In this document: in pieces, positions 1 through 11,540 of the stretch
How positions within the stretch are numbered: the stretch's first letter is position 1
Layout of the letters: every line of letters begins with the position of its first letter
Source of the DNA: Lobosporangium transversale
Taxonomy: Eukaryota
Direction: 5' to 3'
NCBI RefSeq assembly: GCF_002105155.1
Contig: NW_019028981.1
Location: 744,001-808,000, forward strand
DNA: 64,000 nucleotides
The notes under the pieces: model-generated
Databases searched by the model: none
Told to the model about the DNA's origin: nothing
The model's input: the letters and a program-made list of their open reading frames with translations, nothing else
Position numbers and translations under genes: made by a program

Positions 1-1032
1 CCTCCATTGAGGCAAACACTGGCAGAGCTACCTTCTTTCTACGCTTCTTATGGCGACCTAATGGGTCCAAAAGAGAATTGGATATTAAAAACCGTTAATA
101 ACCGAGTGCAATTTTTTTTTTTTTTTTTTTTTTTTTTGAAATAGTTCACATAAACAATTCACATTCGTTACCTTTTTCTTCTTCATCAGACTCTTCTTCA
201 ACAGCGTCTTCCGTATCGCTGGGAACTATATCCTCCTCCTCATCCATAAACATGCTTGTTTCGTCTTCGTCACCCTCATCATCTTTCCAATTAGCCTCAT
301 CGTTACTAAATGACTCATCAACTTCTTCTTCTTCAATGTCACTCAACATAAGGTCCTCAAGATTAGCATCACTCAGATCGTCTTCATCTTCATCCACATC
401 TTCCAATGCGTCCTTGGGCATATCATTCATCATTGCCCTCCAGACCTCATCTTCATCCAAATCAGAGCCATTGTCCTCCTCATCACTGTCCTTCCTCTTC
501 TTCTTGGAGCCTGTAAAGTTATCCTCATCTTCATCCGATCCTGCTGATATGGTGCTCTTCTTAGTACTAGCAGGATTCATGGCCTTCTTCTGCGTGAAAT
601 ATTTGTGGAAAAAGACTTGATCAACAGGAACATCTTCTTCTTTCTTTTGCCAAAAGGCCTCCGTGTTGACATTGACATCGTTTCCACCACCCTTCTTGAG
701 CATAATGCTCGCTCCACGATGTGCAGCCATAGGTTGCATGATGGACGATCCCTTAGTACCCAATGCAGTGTTGACATCATCCCTCTGTTTTCTAGGGTTT
801 TTGTACACCATGCGGTTCAAGAAGTGGATTAGAGCATGTTGATAAAACTCTGGTTTGCCCTCAATTGGCTGGAGAGACAAAATATGAGCAGCATATAACG
901 AAACTGTAGGATGGAAATGTGATAGGAATGGTATCTGCAATTAACAAAAAAAGAAAAAAGAAAGATAGAAAAAAAAAAAAAAAAAAAAAAAAGAGACAAT
1001 AAAGAGGATAGAACGCTGTTAGTATTATGCTT

Positions 1033-1092
<60 letters not shown>

Positions 1093-3332
1093 TAAAGAAT
1101 GGATGGATGGCCACAAGTTGACTTTACCATTTCCCAAAGACATGTCTTATCCGCATTGCTATATAAAGGCTCACGCTTCCTTCCGTCATACTTGATGTTG
1201 TCTACTGGAGTTGAGGGAAGCTTCTTTTCTGTTTTCTCGCTTTCCTTGGACTCATCCTTTTCTCCATCCTTTTCCCCATTTGGTTCATCTTCGGGGACAT
1301 CCTTGAAATTCTCTTCTTCATTATCTTCAGGCTGACTGATCATGTCAGAAAGACCAGGCTTGGATTCCATAAGTTTTGAAATCAAAAAAAAAGCTCCGCA
1401 GATGTATGGAGGCTGATGATGCGCACAAGACTGGACAAGACGCTTCATAAAGGACTTGATCCTTGGAAGGGACTGATCGGCCTGAAGTGCATCAAAGAGA
1501 AGGTTGAGGTAGATGGATTGCTTGGAAGTTAAAATCAAACGAGGATCTAACAGGGATTCGTACAAGGTCCTGTAGAAGCGATCTGAAGAAGCTTTCTGAA
1601 TAGTAATGACGCGGAAAATCAGACGCAGGGCTTGGATCGAGGTGTTAAAAGTGCCAGTGTGAGTGATGCGGAAGATGATGTCCATATGAGCAGTGAATAT
1701 CTTATCATCAATTTTGGCAAAAGGAAATGCGCGGTTGACTCCAGTAAGGACTGCGGCAATCATCTTGGAGTTTTCTGCGTCTTGCATATCCAAGATTTCT
1801 CCTGGTGTCCTGTGTGGTCCCTTGGACTTTCCAGCATCCTTCTTCCTCTTCTTGTCTACTTTGTTCTTGTTCTCTTTCAAGAAACTCTTTGTCTTCTTGA
1901 CCTGTGACTCCTGGTCTCCCAACATGCGCTTGAAGAACACAAAATAGATGTCGATCAACTTGTTGGCGACATCCACTTGTCGTGAGTTCAAAATAGTCTG
2001 ATTCAGAGTAATGATGGCGTAGTACTGTGCACGCTGTGAGACGCGAGGGCGCATTAACAATCGCTCAATCTCGCGGACTACAATCATAGTCATCCCTGGA
2101 TGTGCTCTCAACAGTTGCTGAATCTCAAATGATGCTTTTGCGGAGACCTTGTTTTCATTATCACCCTATTAGAATCATTGTCATGAAAAGAAAAGAAAAA
2201 TAAACAAATAGGGAAGAGACAAAAAAAGACACGATTAATGTTATTTCTAGAAATGTTGGATAGCCAGTAATACTCACCAGTATTCACAAAATGAAATGGG
2301 GGGGGGTCTTACCATCTTATTGACGAGCATTTCTAGCAAGGTGTTTTCCTGTTCTGGTTTCGAAGCCATTAACTCTGCAATGAAGCCGAGGATGCGGTGG
2401 CGAACATGCACAACAGGGTCGTCCGAAAGGATTTTAAGTAGCTGCACAAATTTCCAAAAAGTCTTCTTCAGATAATCCTCGAAAATCCACATGATCAGAT
2501 GTTCGTTCGAAGCCTTAGGATGGGTCAATGGACGATCTTGAAAATACCTGTGGTTGAGGTAAACGGTATATTATAAGTTAATTAGTATTTGCGAAATAAT
2601 ATATATAATAAAGTAAAATAGAAAGTTTGAAAAGACATGTTTATATTCTCCTTGGAAGGTCTTATGCTAACACACGTACTTGAGCTTGCGATCAGGCAAT
2701 ATTCCTCCAATAAACAGATCCTTCAAACTCTCGATTGCCTTGACAGCTTCTGTCCTGCTCTTCTTTTCAGCCATGCTCATGAGCTTATCGAGGCTCTTTG
2801 TAGTATGTAGAGGTGACTCCTGCACCAACAATGTAAGGGCTGAAACACGATCGTTCAGAGTACCAGAGGACATGATAGTTGACACAAAGTTTTTGTCCGA
2901 AGACGATAGATTAGGGTTCTCATCATACTTTGTGTTCTCCTCTTCCAGAAGGCGCGTAGCCTGATTGACTTTTTGAGTGAGTGTTGTCTCGAGCATATGA
3001 TGTTCCTTCCCATCGTCCTCCAACACCGCAAGTTCGTTGTTGTACCATTGCGGTGATGGTTCAAAGGTCAGTTTGACCTTGGTAGGTTTTAGTTTGGCTG
3101 ATGTAAGCATGCCCTTTGGGATGCTACCATTAGCAGAAGGTCCCTTCACTACTGAGGCAAAGGCTTTTTGAACCTTGCTCTTGTCCTCCTCTCCAAGACC
3201 TTTATTGTTGCTGTTTCTATTGTTGTAATTGTTGCCATTGCCTTTTCCTTTGCTATTAACATTATTATTGCTCCAATCCTTCTTTTGAGCCTTATAACCC
3301 CTATCAGAAGGCTTTTTGTTTGGCCCAGCCAT
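1..3332 (-). CDS. MAK21: Ribosome biogenesis protein Mak21/Noc1 (CBF/CEBPZ family), 3'-partial
   Basis: Spliced model with GT-AG introns; exons 3332-2680, 2547-2313, 2165-1128, 934-172, 57-<1. Motifs include SGTLNDRVSALTLLVQESPLH, LPDRKLKYF, LTGVNRAFPF, FNTSIQAL, DRFYRTLYESLLDPRL, YDGRKREP and HFHPTVSLYA. An acidic tail ends in LPVFASME. Confidence 0.95.
1036..1092. repeat. Abutting poly-T (~30) / poly-A (~27) tract inside a MAK21 intron
   Basis: Seen directly: T run 1036-1065 followed immediately by A run 1066-1092. Confidence 0.9.
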
Positions 3333-4657
3333 GGCAATGATCCCACAGAGCGAATGAAATTGGAAAAAAAAAAAAGTAAAGGAGGAAGGAATGGGTTTCC
3401 AACGTTTGTAGATTGTGTATTTACACTTTTTTTTTTTTTTTTTGTGACTGCTCCTCAAATCACAAACAAAGCCCTTCATTTTGGACGACACAATTATCAT
3501 CAATATTTAAACCAGAAAATATATGAATGTATTCTATAACAGTAAGCTATGACATTTTTTTGTAAAGTAAATATACAATGGGGAAAGTAAACTAGAAAGA
3601 TAAAGGAAAAAAGAGGGAAAAAAAAACGATAGTGTAATAGAGTAAATAATGTGAACATGCTGCTAAATATTTCTCGTTCCTGAGCGCTCTATTGCTCAGC
3701 CATAAACCTGGATCCTGACATAACAGCTATCTTTAAAGCAGATTGCTTTTACGAAGTAATCTTTTCAGGAGTGGGCACTTCAATTCTCTTTAGATAGTCC
3801 TTTGCTGTGAATGCTCCAGTGGTTTTTTGAGTCGAACGGGAGACATAGGGCAATAACTAATAATATATATATATATATAAAGCATTATTAGAGTTGTATA
3901 CAAATACTATATCCAGGCGAACGTAGTGTAATTGACGACGATATACAACTTAAAAGAGTAACAGCGGAGGAAAATTTTCTGCTCGATCCATCTATTTACC
4001 TTGAAATCAGTCAGATCTGGCACTACAAACGAACGGACCTTTTCCCATTCAATCACATATCGTCCACGCTTAGTATGGCGACCCATAGAGCCACTTCCAG
4101 TTCCTATAAAGAGCCAGAATCCGGAATATAGAATGAAAAAAAAGACAACAAATCAGTCAATTTTTAATTCCATATCGCAAATAGAATAGTCGCCAGCTCC
4201 AGCTCTTGTATGCTTCAATTGTTTAATTTTTACCCTTATAATGGTTACGACCACGCTTGGCAGTGAGCTGCTGCCTAGAAGCCCCACGCATGATACAACG
4301 AGTGATTCCAAACATGGCAACTGAGAAACGAAATAAGAAGCGATGGATGAAATGATCAACTAATTGCTAATTGTGGTGGGGGCTACCTGATGCTGGAAGA
4401 GTGGCTTTGCAAGCGTATTAACATATTTTTTTTTGTGCGCCCCGGGTGCAACAGGAACAAATTGCGTACAACACATGCGATAAAATATTTCCCTGTACTA
4501 TTTACATGGAAAAATCAACACACTGTTTCTTGCACGCTGCATGTCCAGTGGTTCCTGTAATTGAATGATTGATTAACATCACTCTTCTCTTTCACTCTCC
4601 ATCACTCCACCCTCCCCACTCCACTCTCCTCTTTTTTCCTCTCCATTATCATCCATC

Positions 4658-5775
4658 ATGTCTGCTGTTAAGACTGCTGCTGCTCACATTGATTGGACAA
4701 AATTGTCCACCTCTCTTGGCCTTAAAACCGAGACCGTCGCTGCCCTCAGCGCGTTCCGTAAGCGCAATGAGGAGGCTCGCCGCGTCTTGACTGATCTTCA
4801 GGAGCAGAAGACCGCTGTTGACTTTGCTCACTACCGCAAGGTTCTCAAGAATCAGGCTGTTGTTGATGAGCTTGAGAAGGCCTTCAAGTCCTTCAAGCCT
4901 ACCACTTATGATGTTCAGGCTCAGATCAAGTCCATTGAAGCCGTTGAGGCTAAGGCTGTATGTGTTTTTCTTTTTTACTTGCTCCATTCAACCCATTTAC
5001 ACTTTACACACTCTGCAACTTGATCGACAACAATCCAATGATGCATTATCATCACAATTGAAAAAATTGAATCAAATCTCTTCATCACCAACGTCTTATT
5101 TCATTTTCATGACATTCATTTTATAAGATTAAGATCTACACTTTTTTTTTTTTTTTTTTTTTCCTTCTTCCACGGCATATATATAAATATTTGCATCCTT
5201 TCTCGCTTTTTTTCAACAATAATCAATCAATTCATTTTATTCCTACAAGTTTTCCAGGATTACATTCAGCCGAAATACATACGACTGTCATAACATCATC
5301 ATCCACCATGTCTTCTGTTAATGAGGATTACATATGATCTGACCTGTCTGCTTGTTAACTTGTTAAAAAAATATTTTAGCTTGAGCGTGCCAAGTCAACT
5401 GCCACCAAGGTCGAATCCGAACTTGCTGATCTCCAGGCCACCTTGAAGAACATCGAGACCTCTCGCCCTATTGATGAGCTTACCGTACGTATTACTTTTC
5501 AATTTTTGCAAAGTTTTAAAAAAAGAGCCTTCAAAACTTGAAGAGATTGGAATGGGTTCATCGATTGAGAAGAGCAGGAGACATGTTGTTAGAAGCTGTG
5601 TTAGGAGTTTAACCTTCTTTTTCTTATGATAATTATCATTTTTATAACCACTTAGGTCGATGATGTCCTTAAATCTCGCCCCGAGATCGCCGAGAAGGTT
5701 GATGCTTTGTTGGCTAAGAGCAAGTGGGACACCAAGGGCTACAACGACAAGTTCGGATATGTTACTCTTTTCTAA
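4658..5775 (+). CDS. ATP7: Mitochondrial ATP synthase subunit d
   Basis: Exons 4658-4957, 5380-5484 and 5656-5775 join in frame. Protein reads IDWTKL...AFRKRNEEARR...VDFAHYRKVLKNQAVVDE...LQATLKNIETSRPIDELTVDDV...KWDTKGYNDKFG. Codon use looks strongly biased. Confidence 0.95.
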
Positions 5776-6054
5776 ACTAAATAATACTTGAAAATAGTAG
5801 ATCAAGTAATCCGATAAAGAGAAGGATAAAAAATAAAACAAGGTGAAATTAAATGTCATTCGCATTGAAGGATCGTTAGTCAAACAATGAAGAAAGATGT
5901 AAGTGAGAGACAGATAGAATGATGCCATGAAGCATTACAACTTCATCTTTTTGGCGGTTATGAATGAGTGTCTTCAAGTTCAGCAAGATTCTTTGCGTAT
6001 TTCCAACATGAGAATTTCAAGTGAAGTGTGTATTTTGCATATTTATTGATAAAT

Positions 6055-7555
6055 CTAAGGGAAACTCTCGAGGTTGTAGTTGTATTGCATCAGAGGTGTA
6101 ACTGGAGCACCTCCTGTTGAGAGATTGTTATTGCGGTTGTTCTGGCTCATGTTGTTGTTGTTAAAGTTGTTTTGGTTGTTGAAGTTATTGTTGTTGTTGT
6201 TGTTAAAGTTGTTGCCGTTGTTTCCAAAGTTGCCATTGGGTCCGCCATTCCCACCAAAGTTATTATGATTGGGGCCATTATTAAAGTTGTTGGGACCATT
6301 GTTGAAGTTATTGAAGTTGTTGTTGGGGTAACTATTGGGTGGACCATTATGAGGAAAATTGTTGTTGTTTGGTCCGTTGTTAGGAAAACTGTTGGGAGGG
6401 CCTCCACCGGGCCCTTGTGGAAATCCAGGGCCAGAGTGTTGTGGTACTGGGAATCTTGGTGGCATGTTGTTGTTATTGGCGATGTTGTTGGTTGGGAAAG
6501 CGTTACTGCCAGGGGGCCCTGAAAGGAAGGGTTGGGGCATCTGATTGGGATAGGGTCCTCCTCCGGGAGCACTTGCGTTACCAAACTGAGGTGATGTGTT
6601 GGTAGGATATGGGCTAGCACCTGGTGGGCGGAATGGAGAAGCGGCACCAAAACCAGGTCCTGATACAGGAGGACCCCCATATGGTGTAGAGGCGGGTGAG
6701 AAAGGTTGTGGTGGTGCGAATGGTCGTGGAGTAGCACTGTAGCCAGGTTGATAGATATTTCCTGCAAAAGGTGGAGGTGGGCCTACTGCGGGGCTACCGA
6801 AGCCGCTGGTTGGTGGCGTGTGTGGCACTCCATGCATTCCGAGGCCGCTCTGGAATCCTGGCTGAGTGTGTCTGATCGGTGTCTGGATCTGTGCCTGAGA
6901 GACAGGAGGCGTGCTTCCAGCTGCAGGTGGAGGTGCCTGACAAACGTAAACAAACAACCATGATGGAAGCAAGAAAAATCAACCGGTTAGAGAGCTACAT
7001 GACCGAACAACGAAACAAGAAGAATGAAGAAATAATGCCTCTCCATGCTCAAAGATCTTTTTCATTTTGGTAAGTTTTGTCATCTTCCTCCCTCTTTTCT
7101 CTTTTACACGTTTCCTAAAACTAATGTTTACTCGCTTACCGCGGCGTAAAAGGTCAGTTCAAAGTAAATGTCGCCGGCGGGTGATCCATTGTACTTAATA
7201 GGGAACCATACTAAGAACATTTTTTTTCCAATGAAAAGAAATAATGTTATCACTTGTCAGTTTCTTGTCTATACTCCGCCCCTATTGTTCCTGGATGCGC
7301 CATTTTGTTATACTGCTGACAAAGAGACTCCTTTTTTACCATCGAGCTCGCCCTTGTCGACAACTTCGTGCAGTAATAGGGTTCCGTCGCCAATGAGTTC
7401 GTTCTTCTTGCCTTCGTCATAGACAGCAACATGCATGTCAAGTTGACCATGAAACACATCTAGTCGAACCTATTTTGACCAAAAGAGATGTGGCATGTAT
7501 GCAAAAAAAAAAAAAAAAAAAAAAAAAGATGTCAGACAAAGAGACTGGTCAGCAG

Positions 7556-7586
<31 letters not shown>

Positions 7587-7807
7587 GGAAGAGAGAAGGA
7601 AATGAGGGATGGATGGCTCATTTAACTTGCCTCTTGATCCCATTCTGGTTCAACCGAGGCGATGAGAGATGCACGTGTACGCTTCTTTTGCTCTGGACCA
7701 AGTTTGAGTTGGACATATGGTGATTGTTTTCCTCCACTGCGGTTGATGAGCTTCCTGCCCTTGATGGGAATGGCGACCAACACGCCGAGTTTATGCGGAG
7801 TGGTCAT
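6055..7807 (-). CDS. C2-domain protein with Pro-rich and Asn/Gly-rich tail, Fic1/Inn1-like (cytokinesis ingression protein family)
   Basis: Exons 7807-7631 (GC donor), 7469-7340, 7210-7140 and 6936-6055. The N-terminal C2 domain LGVLV...GKQSPYV...EPEWDQE...LIGDG...WFPIK...AGDIYFELTFY resembles the Fic1/Inn1 C2 domain, and a PxxP-rich tail follows. Confidence 0.8.
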
Positions 7808-8362
7808 CTGTGAGTCTATTTTGTGTTTGTTAAAAGTGGATGAAGAGAAAGAAAGAAGAGAAAGAAAGAGAGAAGAGAGTTCAAAAGGTGTGGATGGGAT
7901 GAAGTGATGAGTGTGTGAGTAAAAAAAAATGGGGGCGGATAGAGAACGGAGAGGGCTCTTTTCTCTGTTTATTTGGCCTGCCAATCTACTGCAGTGCACG
8001 CACAGAACTCAAAAAACGCCGTGACAAGTCTGACTAAAAGATTCTGTCAACGCGATAAACATCAACAGCAAGCTCATTTTGGACCATCATTTTTGTTTCC
8101 CAAAGATACTTAATTCTTGGTCGTGTGGACTTCTCTGCAGATAAAAAAAGAGAGATGCTCTCCTGTGACATGTTGAGATTTGAAGTTGTGGCTGTGGCTG
8201 GCTGTGGCGGTGGCGGTGATACAGTCGACCCTATTTGATCCGATACAGTTTGGAGCGGGCATGTTGCATCAGATTAGAGAGGATCTCGATTTATACAAAC
8301 AAACTTCGCTAAAACAAGAAAAGGGTCCGGAGTCCTGGGATTCCTGATCGCAGCCGAACCAC

Positions 8363-8900
8363 TTAGTCTGACTGGACATATGTCATGTAGATCAGATTAG
8401 AGGAGTACGATCGCAATATGTTAACTGCATTATTAACAATCGTACGAGCTCCACATGAAATCGTATACATATTTGAGCACTGCCACAAGCTATTGACCAC
8501 TCTGCGTCGTCCCTTAAACAATACTTTAGGCATTGACATTAACTTTTGCAAGCAATACTTCGACAGACATGTACCCTTTGATAATGGAAGCGCTGAAAGT
8601 ATGCGGAAAATAGGAACCATTTGTATTTTTACTAGCAACAGGTGTAGTTTCAAAAAGCTCATCTCCAAGGAACAAACCCATATCCCTCATTGCTCAAAAG
8701 AGACAATGCTATCTTCCTGTGTCCTAAAAGCGCACCATAATCCTGTTGAAGCTTTCAGAGGCATTTTTTGCCTCATGGTTCGAGAATTAACTGACTTTCT
8801 GTCAAGTTTTATTGTTTTGAATATCACAGTGAATCTGTTCATTCGAGTAGTTCAAACCGATTCTTTGGAAAACCAACAAGCATCAAACAGTCACCATGGC
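8363..8900 (-). pseudogene. Possible degenerate Fanzor/TnpB-like C-terminal remnant
   Basis: Minus-strand translation gives GTCLSKYCLQKL...KGRRRVVNSLWQCSN..ISCGARTIVNNAVNILRSY. This resembles the Zn-finger plus RuvC-III 'AxNI' end of fungal Fanzors. No intact catalytic residues are recognisable. Confidence 0.35.
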
Positions 8901-10329
8901 AAGTGAGTGAGGACCTTACTGTGTCGCGCACGGACCATGGGGTAACCTTCCAAATTCTTTTACAGAGGAAATTCAAGTCGCACGCGGCTATACATTCCTC
9001 CGAGGGGGGCTTTTAAAAAAGGTCGCAAGCCCCGGTGAGGACTCTGTTGTTCTTGAGGCAGAGGGAAAATAGGATTGAGAATCCAAAAGACTTCAACCCT
9101 TTTATAATCCCGCCACAAATGGAAGAATTTTGATGTATCAGAGATTGCATCCCTGGTATTGACTTTTACATAGAAACAATATGTCTATGATTTACGTTTA
9201 CGGGTGTTGTATAAATATACAACATCATACTCTTTTATTATGTTATCGTGTTTCTTATTCTCTTCCTCTTGTCTCTTTGTTACACTATGCGCCGCAAAAC
9301 ATAGAACCCCTTTAACGGGATATATGCTACAGCGATATGAACTGGTACGGTTGGTACAGTGGCAACGTGCACTAGTGGAATATCTATGAATGCCAACAGC
9401 TCTATATTATAGCAATTTGGCCTGGCACTTGCTGTTAGAGGCAAGGACTTGAGCCTACAAAAAAAAGTCCCGAATGACAAATTTTAGATCAGTATGAAGG
9501 CTGGCTCGGCAATATACTTCTATCAAAAAAGAAGTCAGGAAGGAGATAGAAAACAATAGCGGTAGAGATTTGGTGATTTGTCTATCTTTAGGCTAGTGAA
9601 AAATGGTGAAAGCTGGTAGATGAGCAAGGAAGTGGAGGCAAGTGAAAGATGAACATAGTCGCCATGATGATATAGCTTGATACTTGGTATTTGCTAACTT
9701 TTTTTTATTGATTGATTTCACTTATTCTTGGCAGTTGTTTTCTACTAATAGAAGGCATAGAGGACTGTCTAACCTGCCCATGAGTTGATGAAAGCTAAGT
9801 GGGCAAATTTGCCCGTTTTACGGTTCAAGGGAAAAAGTAATTTATGACACAGTTCATGGGAGTAGAAGCGCATAAAAGTATCGAATAGTCGTCGCTATTC
9901 CAATTGTACTTTAAATTGGAGCCGAAATCTTGCATCAGATAACGAGTTATATATTTATTCTAGGTTGTCGTCATCCTCGTAAACATCTTTCTTTTATGAT
10001 GGAGCAATGCCTATGCTTCTCGGAGGCCATTACCTTGATACCATTGCCAATTGGCTCTGAGAGCATTTCACAGTAGTTTATGATAAGATAATTGAGAACG
10101 TCGACGTCCTGCTTGGTGATATCTCCTCTACGCCACCGTACCCTTCTATAAGTTTATCTTGAAGATAAGAGAGATTGCTTTCTTCTGACTCCATTCCAAG
10201 GTAGTACAAACAGCCCCATTGTTCAAAGGTTAAGATAGGAGCCTCAGCAAAGCAGCTGCAGGTGTAGGCTAGGATCACTCAGAAAACAGAAGCCTGATTG
10301 ACTACTTTTTCGAGAAAAATAGCCAAACA

Positions 10330-11400
10330 GGAATGTTTGCAGACTTCCCAAAAGTAAGCTCTCGTCTACAGCTACGAAGCGTGCGCGGGGTGGAGCACCA
10401 CGTACTTCCGTGCCCTCAGGTAACTCTGGTCCAGCCTCCTTGGATGATGAGTCAGGCACTTCAGATACAGAAAGAGCGCATGCCTCTAGCATCAACTGGA
10501 AATGAGGCTCCAAGATGCTGAAGAATATCGAGGTTGTTTTCGATGGAACGTCCTCAAGCTCTGGTCCGACACCGCTTGTCGTTGTGATAGATCCTAGAGA
10601 GGTGAAGACATTGATTGCAGTAACTCTAGGCCTAGGAGAGCCCCAAGTTCGTTGCTTCACCACCATCCCTCGGTCGTTCTTGTACCCGCCATATATCAAG
10701 TACCGTCAATGCTTGAAGAGAGAAAGGCCCAACTCGGTATCGATATGATCGACTCAGCGCTACCGCTCATGACGCTTTCAGGGGCCAATTCGTACTTGGA
10801 GTACCTGTACAGGGATGAAGAGGGAGAATGACTTCGGTCTTATTATCTCAGTAAGTGTCACCTACGAAAGACTGGGGCTCGAGAAAAGTCCAGAAAGCTG
10901 CATACGACTATGAGATTGATTCAATCCTTCAAATTGCTGGAGGGAACAACGGGAGCAAGATTGATGCCTCCAACTCTGCAGTTTCCACAATCAGTCTTGA
11001 TTCTTTCAACACACAAACTGGATTGTCCTCGAAGCATTCCGAGTTCAAAAAGTAATTCATGACGAGAGTAAGTATCGAAAAAAAAAAAAAAAAAAAAAAA
11101 AGCATTTTGGTCCCATTCTCTCTTCTATTTATATTATTTTATTTTTCTCAAATAGGCGAGGCTTCATGGATACGAAGTTGTTGGTGTTCAAGAGTATTAC
11201 ATTGATACTAAATGTGCTAAATGTCCGCCTCAACTGCAACGCATTCCTGGAAAGTCATAGTAACAGGTCCAAATATTGTCGAAGCTGTTAGCTGTATTGT
11301 GATCGCAAGATGGTCGGATCTGAGAACATTGCGCGTGTGTGCCTATCCCATTTAAACTACACAAATGAGATCCGACAAGTTCAAGTCAACAAGTTCATAG
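10330..11400 (+). pseudogene. Fanzor (eukaryotic TnpB-like, RuvC + Zn-finger) pseudogene with one spliceosomal intron
   Basis: Joined across frameshifts and stops: INWK*GSKMLKNIEV, RuvC-I VVVIDPREV (Asp 10590-10592), RSFLYPPYIKYR, GIDMIDSALP, DWGSRKVQKAAYDY, ISLDSFNTQTGLSSKHS. A phase-0 GT-AG intron spans 11068-11155. Then ARLHGYEVVGVQEYY (Glu 11192-11194), KCP..C...YCRSC (Zn finger), YCDRKMVGSENIA (RuvC-III-like) and RSDKFKS, with stop at 11398-11400. Confidence 0.8.
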
Positions 11401-11502
11401 GCATTAGGGGCACCTTCACAAATTTGTAAGTTTTTATTTATTGTCAGAAATGTGATGCATCAAGATAGTTTTTTCATATTATACTCAAAGCTACCTTTTT
11501 AT

Positions 11503-11540
<38 letters not shown>

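Noticed and set aside
252..620. Antisense and alternate-frame ORFs over genes (also 6147-6767, 19918-20454, 32593-33147, 45826-46383 and others)
   Set aside because: They are shadows of low-complexity or codon-biased real CDSs.
3915..3990. tRNA-like A-box (TAGTGTAATTG) and B-box-like GCTCGATCC
   Set aside because: No cloverleaf stems could be formed.
5250..5345. Possible C/D snoRNA in ATP7 intron 1 (ATGAGGA...CTGA)
   Set aside because: The boxes are too close or degenerate, and I recognised no rRNA-complementary guide.
9343..9400. 5' half resembling a tRNA (GGTTGGTACAGTGGCAAC)
   Set aside because: There is no T-arm (GTTCRA) and no acceptor-stem complement.
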